NCBI GenBank assembly: GCA_965214935.1
Contig: CBDCCS010000011.1
Span: forward strand, 32,001-96,000
Source: Candidatus Velthaea sp.
GTDB lineage: Bacteria; Vulcanimicrobiota; Vulcanimicrobiia; Vulcanimicrobiales; Vulcanimicrobiaceae
DNA: 64,000 nucleotides
Direction of reading: 5' to 3'
In this document: in pieces, positions 16,291-24,937 of the stretch
Position numbering within the stretch: position 1 is the first letter of the stretch
How the letters are laid out: each line of letters opens with the position of its first letter
The notes under the pieces: model-generated
Database searches by the model: none
What the model saw: the letters and a program-made list of their open reading frames with translations, nothing else
Told to the model about the DNA's origin: nothing
Made by a program: the position numbers and the translations under genes

Positions 16291-18629
16291 GTTTGATCGA
16301 CGCACGCGGCTGCGAGGTGCTTGACTTCGGGCGCATTCGCGAACGTCTGGCCGCACTCACTCACGCCGCACAGGCGTTCGGGCGCGCGGCGCAACTCGAG
16401 CCGTCGACGGACTTTGCCGAAGTGCGGCGGCTGATCGCCGAGACGGCTGAAATGCGCGAGCTGGTCCGGCAATCCGGTTTCGGATTAGCGCAGATCGCCG
16501 ACGTCGATGCCGCGCTTGCCGTTGCGGCGCGCGGCGTCCCGATCGCGGCGCTCGATCTGCGCGCAATCGCCGACGCGCTCGCGGCAGCGGCGCACGCCGC
16601 ACGATCGATTCGCGAAAGTGATTCGGCGCCGCTGTTGCGCGAACGGATCGGCGCCTTCGTCGCGCTGCCGAACGTCGTTGCGCGTATCTTCGACGCGATC
16701 GACGAACGCGGCAACGTGCTCGACCGCGCGTCGCCGGCGCTGGCGCGCATCCGGCGCGGCATCGCGCAAGCGCAAGACGACGCACGCGACCGAGCAACGG
16801 CAATCCTCCGCTCGGCCAAATATTCGCGCGCCGTTCAAGACCAGATCGTCACGGTACGCGACGGCCGGTTCGTGGTTCCGATCAAAGCTGAATTCGGCGG
16901 CGAAGTGCCCGGGATCGTTCACGATGCGAGTTCGAGCGGTGCGACACTCTTCATCGAACCGCTCGAAGCTCTCGAGACCAATAACCGGCTGCGTGCGCTG
17001 CGCGTGCAAGAGGAGCACGAGACCGCGCGCGTGCTCGCCGAACTCAGCGCGCTGTGCGGCGGGCAGGCCGAGCAAATCGCACTCGACATCGCGCTGTATA
17101 TCGACCTCGATCTGGCGTGCGCGCGGGCGGTCCTCGCCGAACGCATGAACGCCGTTGCACCGCAACTCGTCGACGAAGCGATCGTCGACATCGACAACGG
17201 CCGGCATCCGCTGCTCGATGAACGGGCGGTTCCGCAATCGCTACGGCTCGACGATGACAGCCGCCTACTGCTCGTTAGCGGGCCCAATATGGGCGGCAAA
17301 ACCGTCGCGCTCAAGATGGTGGGTTTGTTCGTAACGATGGCCGCTTGCGGCATGCACGTGCCGGCGGTTGAAGCGACGCTCGGGCGGTTCACCGCCATCT
17401 TTACCGACATCGGCGACGAGCAATCGATCGTCCAGAATGCATCGACGTTTTCGGCTCATTTGCGTCGGCTCGCCGCGATCGTCGATGCCGCCGGCGATCG
17501 TTCGCTCATTCTCATCGACGAGATCGGCGCGGGCACCGAGCCGGGTGCCGGCGCTGCGCTTGCCGTGGCCGTACTCGAACGTTTCATCGCGGTCGGCGCG
17601 CGCTGCATTGCAACGACGCATGCAACCGAGCTTAAACTTTTCGGCGCCGAAAACGCGCACGTGCGCAACGCCAGCGTGCGGTTCGATCCCACCACGTACG
17701 TTCCGACCTATCAGCTCGACATCGGTTCGCCCGGTCAGTCACTCGCCTTTGCGCTGGCGCGTACGATGCAACTCGATCCGGCGGTCGTCGGGCGAGCGGA
17801 GGATCTGCTCTCGAGCGCCGAACGCGATTACGATCGGGCGTTGGCTGAATTAGCGCAAGAACGCACGCGGACCGCGCACGAACGCGAACGGCTCGACCGC
17901 GAGCGCGTGCAACTCCACACGCTGCAAGAGGTTGCCCGGCGCAAAGCCGAAACGGCCGAGCGCGAACGGCGCGAGCTTGCCGCCCGGGCGGAAACGCGGC
18001 TGGCGGATGCACTGCGCAACTTTACCGCCGAACTCGAGCGGCGCGCGGCCGGCAACGGCAACCGCAGCCGGGCTAAAGTTACGCCCGGCCAGAGCGATCT
18101 GCTGTCCCGGACGCTCGATGAAATGCGGCGTGATTTAGGTCTCGTTCGCACACCGCGCAGCGGACGTCAGTTGCCGCAACCCATCGCCGTCGGCGACCGG
18201 GTAATCGTCGATACGCTCGATCAAGAGGCGATCGTCGCCGAAGACCTCGGTGACGACGCGCTCGTAACGATCGGTTCGATGCGCATGACGGTGGCGAAGT
18301 CGGATTTGCGGCGGCGCGGCGGGCCGCTGTCGCGACCCAAGCGCGAACGTGCCGCGGGCGAAGCGCAACTCGCTGCGGCGACCAACGCCCAAACGCAGCT
18401 CGACGTCCGCGGGCAGCGCTATGTCGAAGCCGAACCCAACGTCGACCGGTGGATCGACCGCGCGGCGCTCATGGGGTATTCACCGTTGCGGCTCGTGCAC
18501 GGCAAGGGAACGGGCTTATTGGGCCGCGGGTTACAAGAGTATCTACGCGCGCATCCGGCCGTCAGCGGCGTTCGCTACGGTAACGCCGACGAGGGAGGCT
18601 CGGGTGTGACGGTTTTTGAACTGCGCTAG
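16287..18629 (+). CDS. mutS2: MutS2 endonuclease / ribosome collision factor
   Basis: Walker A GPNMGGKT, DIGDEQSI.Q..STFS.H, coiled coil, C-terminal Smr domain (VHGKGTG...GGSGVT). Confidence 0.95.
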   Translation: MSLIDARGCEVLDFGRIRERLAALTHAAQAFGRAAQLEPSTDFAEVRRLIAETAEMRELVRQSGFGLAQIADVDAALAVAARGVPIAALDLRAIADALAAAAHAARSIRESDSAPLLRERIGAFVALPNVVARIFDAIDERGNVLDRASPALARIRRGIAQAQDDARDRATAILRSAKYSRAVQDQIVTVRDGRFVVPIKAEFGGEVPGIVHDASSSGATLFIEPLEALETNNRLRALRVQEEHETARVLAELSALCGGQAEQIALDIALYIDLDLACARAVLAERMNAVAPQLVDEAIVDIDNGRHPLLDERAVPQSLRLDDDSRLLLVSGPNMGGKTVALKMVGLFVTMAACGMHVPAVEATLGRFTAIFTDIGDEQSIVQNASTFSAHLRRLAAIVDAAGDRSLILIDEIGAGTEPGAGAALAVAVLERFIAVGARCIATTHATELKLFGAENAHVRNASVRFDPTTYVPTYQLDIGSPGQSLAFALARTMQLDPAVVGRAEDLLSSAERDYDRALAELAQERTRTAHERERLDRERVQLHTLQEVARRKAETAERERRELAARAETRLADALRNFTAELERRAAGNGNRSRAKVTPGQSDLLSRTLDEMRRDLGLVRTPRSGRQLPQPIAVGDRVIVDTLDQEAIVAEDLGDDALVTIGSMRMTVAKSDLRRRGGPLSRPKRERAAGEAQLAAATNAQTQLDVRGQRYVEAEPNVDRWIDRAALMGYSPLRLVHGKGTGLLGRGLQEYLRAHPAVSGVRYGNADEGGSGVTVFELR

Positions 18630-18632
18630 GTT

Positions 18633-19832
18633 GTGAACGCTGACCCCAAAGCCGTCGACGAGCTCGTCGACGGCTGCGCGCATGTCGAAACGCCGGCCGA
18701 ATTACGCGCGCGGCTGCTGCGCGAGCGGCCGCTGCGCGTGAAATTCGGCGTCGATCCGACCGGCTCGGAACTTCATCTCGGGCATGCCGTCGTGCTGCAC
18801 AAGATGCAGCAGTTCGTCGCCGCCGGTCACGATGTAACGTTACTCATCGGCGACTTTACCGCACTCATCGGCGACCCCAGCGGCCGCAACGATTCACGGC
18901 CGCATCTTACACGTGAAGCGATTGCCGAGAACATGCGGACGTATACGGCGCAAGCCGGAACGATTCTCGATTTGGAACGGGTGACCGTTCGGCATAATTC
19001 GGAGTGGCTGGCACCGCTCGACTTGGCCGATCTGATTCGCTTGCTGTCGCAAACGACGGTCGCGCAGATGTTATCGCGCGAAGACTTCCGCAACCGGTAT
19101 GTCGGTCAAACCCCCATTGCGCTGCATGAATTCCTCTACCCGGTTGCTCAGGCATATGACTCCGTCGCGTTAACTTGCGATGTCGAACTCGGCGGCGACG
19201 ATCAGCTGTTTAATTTTTTGCTGGCCCGGACGTATCAGCACAATGCGGGTCAGCCGGCGCAGATCTGTATGACGTTGCCGATTCTCGAAGGCACCGACGG
19301 CAAAGTGCGCATGGGCAAGTCGAAGGGCAATTACATCGGTCTGAGCGAGTCACCCAACGACCAGTTCGGCAAAACGATGAGCATCCCGGACGAACTTATC
19401 GCACGTTGGGCGCGACTTGCGGATTTTCGTTCAAAAGCCGAGTCGGCGCTGCTCGCGCGCGAACTCGCCGATGGTTCGCGCAGCGCCAACGACGAAAAGA
19501 AAGCACTTGCCGAAGCGATCGTCCGGCGTTATCACGGCGCCCAAGCCGGGCGTGACGCGCGCGAGTTCTTCGAGCGGACGGTGGTGCGCCGCGAGCGGCC
19601 CGAAGAGATGCCCGAACTGCGCTTGACTGCGGCACCCAAGCTTACCGATGTCCTGACGGCCGCCGGATTCGCGGCCAGTAAACGCGCTGCGCAACGGCTT
19701 ATCGGTGAAGGAGCGGTTCGGATCGACGGCCGGGTCGTCGCCGATGCGGGGGCGATCTGGCCGTCCGGGCCGGCCGCGGTCCTACAAGTCGGCCCGCGGC
19801 GCTTCATCCGCGTCATCACGAACGAAAGGTAA
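18633..19832 (+). CDS. tyrS: Tyrosine-tRNA ligase
   Basis: GVDPT...HLGH, EFLYP..QAYDS, GGDDQLFN, RMGKS (KMSKS variant), C-terminal S4 domain. Confidence 0.96.
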   Translation: MNADPKAVDELVDGCAHVETPAELRARLLRERPLRVKFGVDPTGSELHLGHAVVLHKMQQFVAAGHDVTLLIGDFTALIGDPSGRNDSRPHLTREAIAENMRTYTAQAGTILDLERVTVRHNSEWLAPLDLADLIRLLSQTTVAQMLSREDFRNRYVGQTPIALHEFLYPVAQAYDSVALTCDVELGGDDQLFNFLLARTYQHNAGQPAQICMTLPILEGTDGKVRMGKSKGNYIGLSESPNDQFGKTMSIPDELIARWARLADFRSKAESALLARELADGSRSANDEKKALAEAIVRRYHGAQAGRDAREFFERTVVRRERPEEMPELRLTAAPKLTDVLTAAGFAASKRAAQRLIGEGAVRIDGRVVADAGAIWPSGPAAVLQVGPRRFIRVITNER

Positions 19833-19835
19833 GAT

Positions 19836-20024
19836 ATGGCTGCTATAACATATAGCGCCGCTCCGCAGTTGAGCGGACCGACGTTTACCTGTACGCGTTG
19901 CCGCCGGGTCTATGCGTATCCCACCGATCACGGCAAACCGATCCGCTGCGAATGCGGCTGGTGGTATTACAACATTGGCCACGGCCGCTTTCGCGAAGAA
20001 TACAAACCGCGAATCGGCGGCTAA
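19836..20024 (+). CDS. Small putative zinc-ribbon protein (62 aa)
   Basis: ATG 3 nt after the tyrS stop, GAAAGG upstream; CTRC...CEC cysteine pairs. Confidence 0.65.
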   Translation: MAAITYSAAPQLSGPTFTCTRCRRVYAYPTDHGKPIRCECGWWYYNIGHGRFREEYKPRIGG

Positions 20025-20047
20025 CGGTGCGTGCGCGGCCGCGCGCT

Positions 20048-20941
20048 TTAACCGTGCATGTCGAGCCGGGCCGCAAGATCGTTCACCTCGCTGGCCGACA
20101 GCACGTAGTGCCGTTTACAAAACTCGCAGACGGCTTCCGTCTGCGGCTGTTCGGTCGCCATCTTCGTCAACTCGTCGCGGCCTAAACCAAGCAACGCCGA
20201 CTCGACTTTTTCACGCGTGCAGCGGCAACCGAATTCCAACGCGAACTCGCTGAAGATTTTGAGTTCCAGCGTCGCTGTGATCGCACGCAACAATGCGTCG
20301 CCGTCGGCACCGTCGACGATTTGCTGCGTGACCGGCGGCATGCTTTGCGCATTACGTTCCAGCGTCGCGATCGTCGCGTCGTCCGCGCCCGGCATGAGTT
20401 GAGCGATAATGCCGCCGGCGGCAATGATCCCGGCCGGATTCGCCAACACGCCTAGGGCCACGACGCTTGGGATTTGCTGCGAGTTCGCCAAGTACGCGGC
20501 GATATCGTCGCCGATTTCGCCGGTTTCAAGCGGTACGATGCCGTTGTACGGCTGCCCCACTTCGTAGCTCTTCGTAACTTGCAATCGCCCGTGTCCGACG
20601 ACGCCCGAGACATCGAATTTCCCACGGTCGTTCAGCGGCAGATCCGCGGCCGGAAAGCGCGCGTATGCCCGGGCGGCGACGCGACCGGCACCGCCGCTCC
20701 AGCTATCGGCGACGATTTGACCGATCGGGCCGTCGCCGTTTATTTGCAGCGTTAAGCGTTCGCGCGGGCCGAGGCTTGCGCCTAACAGCGCTGCGCCGCT
20801 AATCAGGCGGCCGACGGCAGCGCTCGCGGTCGGTGCTAGCGTATGACGCACTTGCGCTTCGCGCACCACGCGGGTTGTTATGCCCGCGACGAGCGACACG
20901 GTTCCATTCGCCGCACTTGCCGTAACTAATCGATCCTGCAT
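20048..20941 (-). CDS. hslO: Redox-regulated chaperone Hsp33
   Basis: C-terminal CRC...CEFC zinc motif; GEIGDDIAAYLANSQQIPS. Confidence 0.95.
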   Translation of the reverse strand: MQDRLVTASAANGTVSLVAGITTRVVREAQVRHTLAPTASAAVGRLISGAALLGASLGPRERLTLQINGDGPIGQIVADSWSGGAGRVAARAYARFPAADLPLNDRGKFDVSGVVGHGRLQVTKSYEVGQPYNGIVPLETGEIGDDIAAYLANSQQIPSVVALGVLANPAGIIAAGGIIAQLMPGADDATIATLERNAQSMPPVTQQIVDGADGDALLRAITATLELKIFSEFALEFGCRCTREKVESALLGLGRDELTKMATEQPQTEAVCEFCKRHYVLSASEVNDLAARLDMHG

Positions 20942-21103
20942 CTCGTAGGCGTAAAACCAATTGCGCGAATACGCGTTGCACGACGGCGGTTCTGCGTTTA
21001 TGACGGGAGGAGGGCAATGCCCCTCTGCGTATACCCCGTTGCGAGCGGCACGTTAGATCTATTGATGTTTGCAGCCGTTTCGACCTGACTTTGAGGAAGT
21101 TCA

Positions 21104-21436
21104 ATGACGAAAGCAGATTTGATCGACTCGTTAGCCAACGAGTTCGAACTCTCGAAGCGACAAGTCGGCGAAATGATCGACATGCTGCTCAACGAAATCA
21201 AGGGTGCCTTACAGTCGGGCGATAAGGTTCAGCTCACGCCCTTCGGCAGCTTCGTCGTTCGCGACCGCAAGAAACGCGAAGGACGCAACCCCAAGACCGG
21301 CGAGAAGCTCATGATTGCAGCGCGCCGTGTCCCGGCGTTTTCGGCCGGCAAATCGTTGCGTGACGCCGTCGGCGGCGGCGCAAAAAAGAAAAGCTCGTCG
21401 AAAGCCGGCGCAAAGAAGGTTGCCAAGAAACGCTGA
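21104..21436 (+). CDS. hup: HU-family DNA-binding protein with Lys/Ala-rich tail
   Basis: MTKADLI, FGSF, GRNPKTGE and VPAFSAGK.L motifs; GAGGA RBS. Confidence 0.95.
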   Translation: MTKADLIDSLANEFELSKRQVGEMIDMLLNEIKGALQSGDKVQLTPFGSFVVRDRKKREGRNPKTGEKLMIAARRVPAFSAGKSLRDAVGGGAKKKSSSKAGAKKVAKKR

Positions 21437-21487
21437 CTTTCGCCGGCAGGTATGACCCGTCTCGCGCGCAACGACGTTTAGCGGTCG

Positions 21488-21564
21488 CGGGCAGTAGCGC
21501 AGCTTGGTAGCGCATCAGTCTGGGGGACTGGGGGTCGCAGGTTCAAATCCTGTCTGCCCGACCA
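21488..21564 (+). tRNA. tRNA-Pro (GGG)
   Basis: 77 nt; acceptor CGGGCAG/CTGCCCG, D-loop AGCTTGGTA, anticodon loop CT-GGG-GG, T-loop TTCAAAT, encoded 3' CCA. Confidence 0.97.
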
Positions 21565-21572
21565 ATACGACG

Positions 21573-21602
21573 ACAACCTCGCTAGCGAGGTTGTTTTCGT
21601 TT
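21573..21602 (+). terminator. Intrinsic terminator after tRNA-Pro
   Basis: ACAACCTCGC-TA-GCGAGGTTGT inverted repeat followed by TTTCGTTT. Confidence 0.8.
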
Positions 21603-21636
21603 AGGTCATTGCGATGTGCAACAGCGCCGCAACGCC

Positions 21637-22107
21637 TTAAATAATCTTGTAGAAGAAGTTCACGGAGTGACCGTCGGTATCGAGGATTTCAACGGTCTCT
21701 TCATCGGTCTGTTGGAAACCGCTAGCGGTAAATGGATTGCATGGACTCGGCGTCGTCAATGCAGTTACCGGTGACGCGTTGTCGGCGGTAAATTGAACGA
21801 CGTTTACCTGGGTGCTCGATGTCACGTAATGCGGCACGAAGCAGGGGATGTTGAACGGCGCCGTCCAGGTCGTGACGGTAATCTTATACGGACCGGAAAA
21901 GAGCTTCTCGGCGATGCCGATCGAGAACACGCCGCCGCTGACTAAAAACGGCTGCGCAAACGTCGTCTGCAATGTCGCGCCGGATACCGCATTGGTGACC
22001 ACGATATCACCTGCCGGCCGCGGATTGAGCCCGAGAATACCGTTCGCGCCGCACGCCGTGAGGGCCAGCGTCACGAGCGTCGGAATGCCGATTCGTAAAA
22101 TACGCAT
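21637..22107 (-). CDS. Hypothetical lipoprotein
   Basis: MRILRIGIPTLVTLALTA|C lipobox; beta-rich mature part with two further Cys. Confidence 0.75.
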   Translation of the reverse strand: MRILRIGIPTLVTLALTACGANGILGLNPRPAGDIVVTNAVSGATLQTTFAQPFLVSGGVFSIGIAEKLFSGPYKITVTTWTAPFNIPCFVPHYVTSSTQVNVVQFTADNASPVTALTTPSPCNPFTASGFQQTDEETVEILDTDGHSVNFFYKII

Positions 22108-22224
22108 AATACATCCTAGGTACTCGGCTGACGACAGGCCCGTGTGCACGGTAGCCTGCGCCCGAATTGTAAAGCTCGGGCTAATTTATCCGCGCGTAGC
22201 CGGCCGAACGCGAAAGGGCGATGC

Positions 22225-22626
22225 TTGAAATTCACGATCTTTGCCGACGGCGGTTCGCGCGGTAACCCTGGGCCGGCCGCTTCCGGCGCGGTCATTACCG
22301 ATGAAAGCGGCAGCGTGGTGCGCGAGGTCGGTACCTTCTTGGGTCGGACGACGAACAACGTTGCGGAGTGGACCGCGCTCATCACCGGACTTGAAGCAGC
22401 GCTCGAACTCGGTGCGACCGAGATAGCGGTGCGCATGGATAGCGAGCTGGTCGTCAAGCAACTATCGGGCGTCTATCGCGTCAAACATCCGAACATGATT
22501 CCATTGCACGCTCGAGCAACGACGCTGCTGCGCCGATTCGCGGCGGTCGACATCGCGCATGTCCCGCGCAAAGCCAATGCTGCTGCGGACGCCGTCGTCA
22601 ACGCCGTCCTTGATGCGCGCAGTTAG
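22225..22626 (+). CDS. rnhA: Ribonuclease HI family protein
   Basis: FADGGSRGNPG, TNNVAE, DSELVVKQ and HVPRKAN..AD motifs; TTG start after GAAAGGG. Confidence 0.92.
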   Translation: MKFTIFADGGSRGNPGPAASGAVITDESGSVVREVGTFLGRTTNNVAEWTALITGLEAALELGATEIAVRMDSELVVKQLSGVYRVKHPNMIPLHARATTLLRRFAAVDIAHVPRKANAAADAVVNAVLDARS

Positions 22627-23504
22627 CCGCCGGGCTCGCTTTTGAGACTGAACCAAAACGCCGCGTTGCGTCCGGGTTGGGTATCGAAACCGATCGTGCC
22701 GTCCATGGCATTGACGAGCTCCTTTGCAATATACAAGCCCAGGCCGGTCGAATCGACCCGCCGTTCGCCCAGCGATGCGAACGGAAGAAAGAGCCGCGAT
22801 TGCTCTTCGGGTGGTATGCCTCGCCCCTCGTTGTAGATCGTTACGCGAACGCTGTCGGCTTGGGTCGTGATCGATACCAAAACGATCGAAGATTCGATTG
22901 CATTGGCAACCGCATTGCTCAAGAGATTTGTCACGACTTGGCGCACGCGCATCGCGTCACCGTAAACGTACGGAACGCCGCTCTGTTCGACGACGCTGAC
23001 GGTGTGCCAGATCTCCGCGTTGGCGGCTTCATAGACGACCGCCACCACATCGATGAGGATGCGCTCGACGCGGAGCCGGCCGGCCGATATGCGCGAGATC
23101 AGCAAGAGATCGTCGGCGAGATGCCCGAGTTGTTTGGTCGCTTCAAGCGCCACGCCGAAGAGTTCGCTGCGCCGGACCGGTTCGAGCGCGGCTTGATGCT
23201 CGTCGAGTAACGCGACCGCGCCGCGAATCGCTGCTAAGGGCGCACGAATCTCGTGCGCGACGATCGCAACGAGCGGACTGATCGTCGCCGGTCCGGGAGC
23301 CGCCGGGGCAGGACGGCGAGCATGCAACGCGATTCTTACGGCCGCTCCCAGGGTCGCGGCGGCGACGAGCGTGCGCGCCAGGAAGTGAGGCTGCGGCCGG
23401 ACAGCGAAAACCGAGCCATAGACCAGGCCGCCGACGACCACTGCGTCGAGAGCATAGCCGCTCCACGCTTTCAATTCGGCTAGATCTTTTCCCGACGGAC
23501 ACAC
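22623..23504 (-). CDS. Orphan sensor histidine kinase (two TM, HisKA, HATPase)
   Basis: AHEIRAPL H-box, QVVTNLLSNA N-box, GLGLYIAK G-box; start uncertain. Confidence 0.88.
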   Translation of the reverse strand: MCPSGKDLAELKAWSGYALDAVVVGGLVYGSVFAVRPQPHFLARTLVAAATLGAAVRIALHARRPAPAAPGPATISPLVAIVAHEIRAPLAAIRGAVALLDEHQAALEPVRRSELFGVALEATKQLGHLADDLLLISRISAGRLRVERILIDVVAVVYEAANAEIWHTVSVVEQSGVPYVYGDAMRVRQVVTNLLSNAVANAIESSIVLVSITTQADSVRVTIYNEGRGIPPEEQSRLFLPFASLGERRVDSTGLGLYIAKELVNAMDGTIGFDTQPGRNAAFWFSLKSEPGG

Positions 23505-24158
23505 ATGCGCCGCTTACCGATAAACGCCCTCATTGCCATTCTCGCTCTTGTTTTCGTCGTTACCGGCTGGCAACTTTATGCGCGTCAGGAGACCGAACGC
23601 TTCCGGGCCGTTGATGCCGTCCGTCAGTCCGATACATTTTTTCGCCTGACGATGCGCGTCGTTTCGCCCAGCGGCCCGATCGCCACCGAACAGTACACGC
23701 TCGTGAACGATAACGGCAAATCGCGTGCGACCTACGCGGTCGGCGATCGCAAAGGCACGGTCGCGACGTTCGACGAGGCGATCCGCGGCTATGACGTGAC
23801 CTTCGCCTTCGATAAGCTGGTGCAAGACGGCATCTGGCAACTTGATTCGAAGCAACCGCGGGCCGCCGGCGAACGCCGCTACACCGTTACGATCGAACAA
23901 ACGGCGCAAACGCAAAGCGGACGGCGCACGTTTTCATTTACCGACCCGAGCTACTGGGCGGTCGCGGCCGGCCGGCAATATCACATTACGCTCGATCCGA
24001 AAGCCAAGACTCCGACCGCGGCCGACTTGCTGCAACTCGAGTCAACTTCGGTGGCCGAGCCGCGATACGCAAAGATCGTCGCCGATTTCGAGACGTTCGG
24101 GTCGCCGGCGTTCCATCGGACCGTCGCTTCGGCGCGGGCCAAACTGCTGCGTTCGTGA
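23505..24158 (+). CDS. Hypothetical exported/membrane-anchored protein
   Basis: N-terminal hydrophobic anchor; stop overlaps the GTG of the next gene. Confidence 0.75.
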   Translation: MRRLPINALIAILALVFVVTGWQLYARQETERFRAVDAVRQSDTFFRLTMRVVSPSGPIATEQYTLVNDNGKSRATYAVGDRKGTVATFDEAIRGYDVTFAFDKLVQDGIWQLDSKQPRAAGERRYTVTIEQTAQTQSGRRTFSFTDPSYWAVAAGRQYHITLDPKAKTPTAADLLQLESTSVAEPRYAKIVADFETFGSPAFHRTVASARAKLLRS

Positions 24159-24883
24159 AGCGCGTCGTTCGCGCGTTACTCGCGTTGCTCGTAGCCGGTG
24201 CGGGCTTCTTCGAGCTGTACGAAACGATCGAGGGACCGGGCACGCAGGTCTTCGGCCGCACGCTCGTTCAGGGGGCCGGGCATGTCGTTGCCCTTACGTT
24301 CGACGACGGCCCCAACGATGCGACAACGCCGCAGATCCTCGACGCGCTCGAACGCGATCGTGTTCACGCCACGTTCTTTGTCGTCGGGCGGGCCGTCGCC
24401 GGCCACGGGCGACTGTTGCGCCGGATGGTGCGTGACGGTGATGAGATCGGCAACCACACGCAAAGCCACGTGCATCTGAACTTTTTGTTGAGCGGCCGGG
24501 CGATCGGGCGGGAAATTGATTCGACGCAGGCCGCGATCGTTGCCGCCACCGGGCGGCGTGCATTGTACTTGCGTCCGCCGTTCGGCGCGCGCGACTTTGC
24601 GGCGATCGACACCGCGCGGCGGCATGGTTTGCGGGTGGTGATGTGGACGGCGATGCTCGGCGCCGAATCGCCCGCCACGACGAGCGCAAAGCTGGCGATC
24701 GACTTGCTGCGTCAAGTGCATGACGGCGCGATCATCGTCATCCACGACGGCGACCAGGGCCGGCGCGGCGCGGGCGGCCGGATGTACGAATCAGCGGCGC
24801 TCGGTACCATCATTGCGCGGCTCAAAGCTCAGGGTTACCGTTTCGTAACGGTGTCGCAGCTCGACCGGCGGGCGCATGCGTAA
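24155..24883 (+). CDS. Polysaccharide deacetylase (NodB/CE4 family)
   Basis: LTFDDGP, ATFFV.G, IGNHTQSH, RPPFG and IIVIHD motifs. Confidence 0.93.
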   Translation: MKRVVRALLALLVAGAGFFELYETIEGPGTQVFGRTLVQGAGHVVALTFDDGPNDATTPQILDALERDRVHATFFVVGRAVAGHGRLLRRMVRDGDEIGNHTQSHVHLNFLLSGRAIGREIDSTQAAIVAATGRRALYLRPPFGARDFAAIDTARRHGLRVVMWTAMLGAESPATTSAKLAIDLLRQVHDGAIIVIHDGDQGRRGAGGRMYESAALGTIIARLKAQGYRFVTVSQLDRRAHA

Positions 24884-24937
24884 CGCAGCGGGCAAGTGGA
24901 GGTAAGCCCGGCGGCGCCGACGTAGCGCGTTCGATCC

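Noticed and set aside
21488..22200. tRNA-Pro as an integration site for an island
   Set aside because: No integrase and no second copy of the tRNA 3' end seen in the window.
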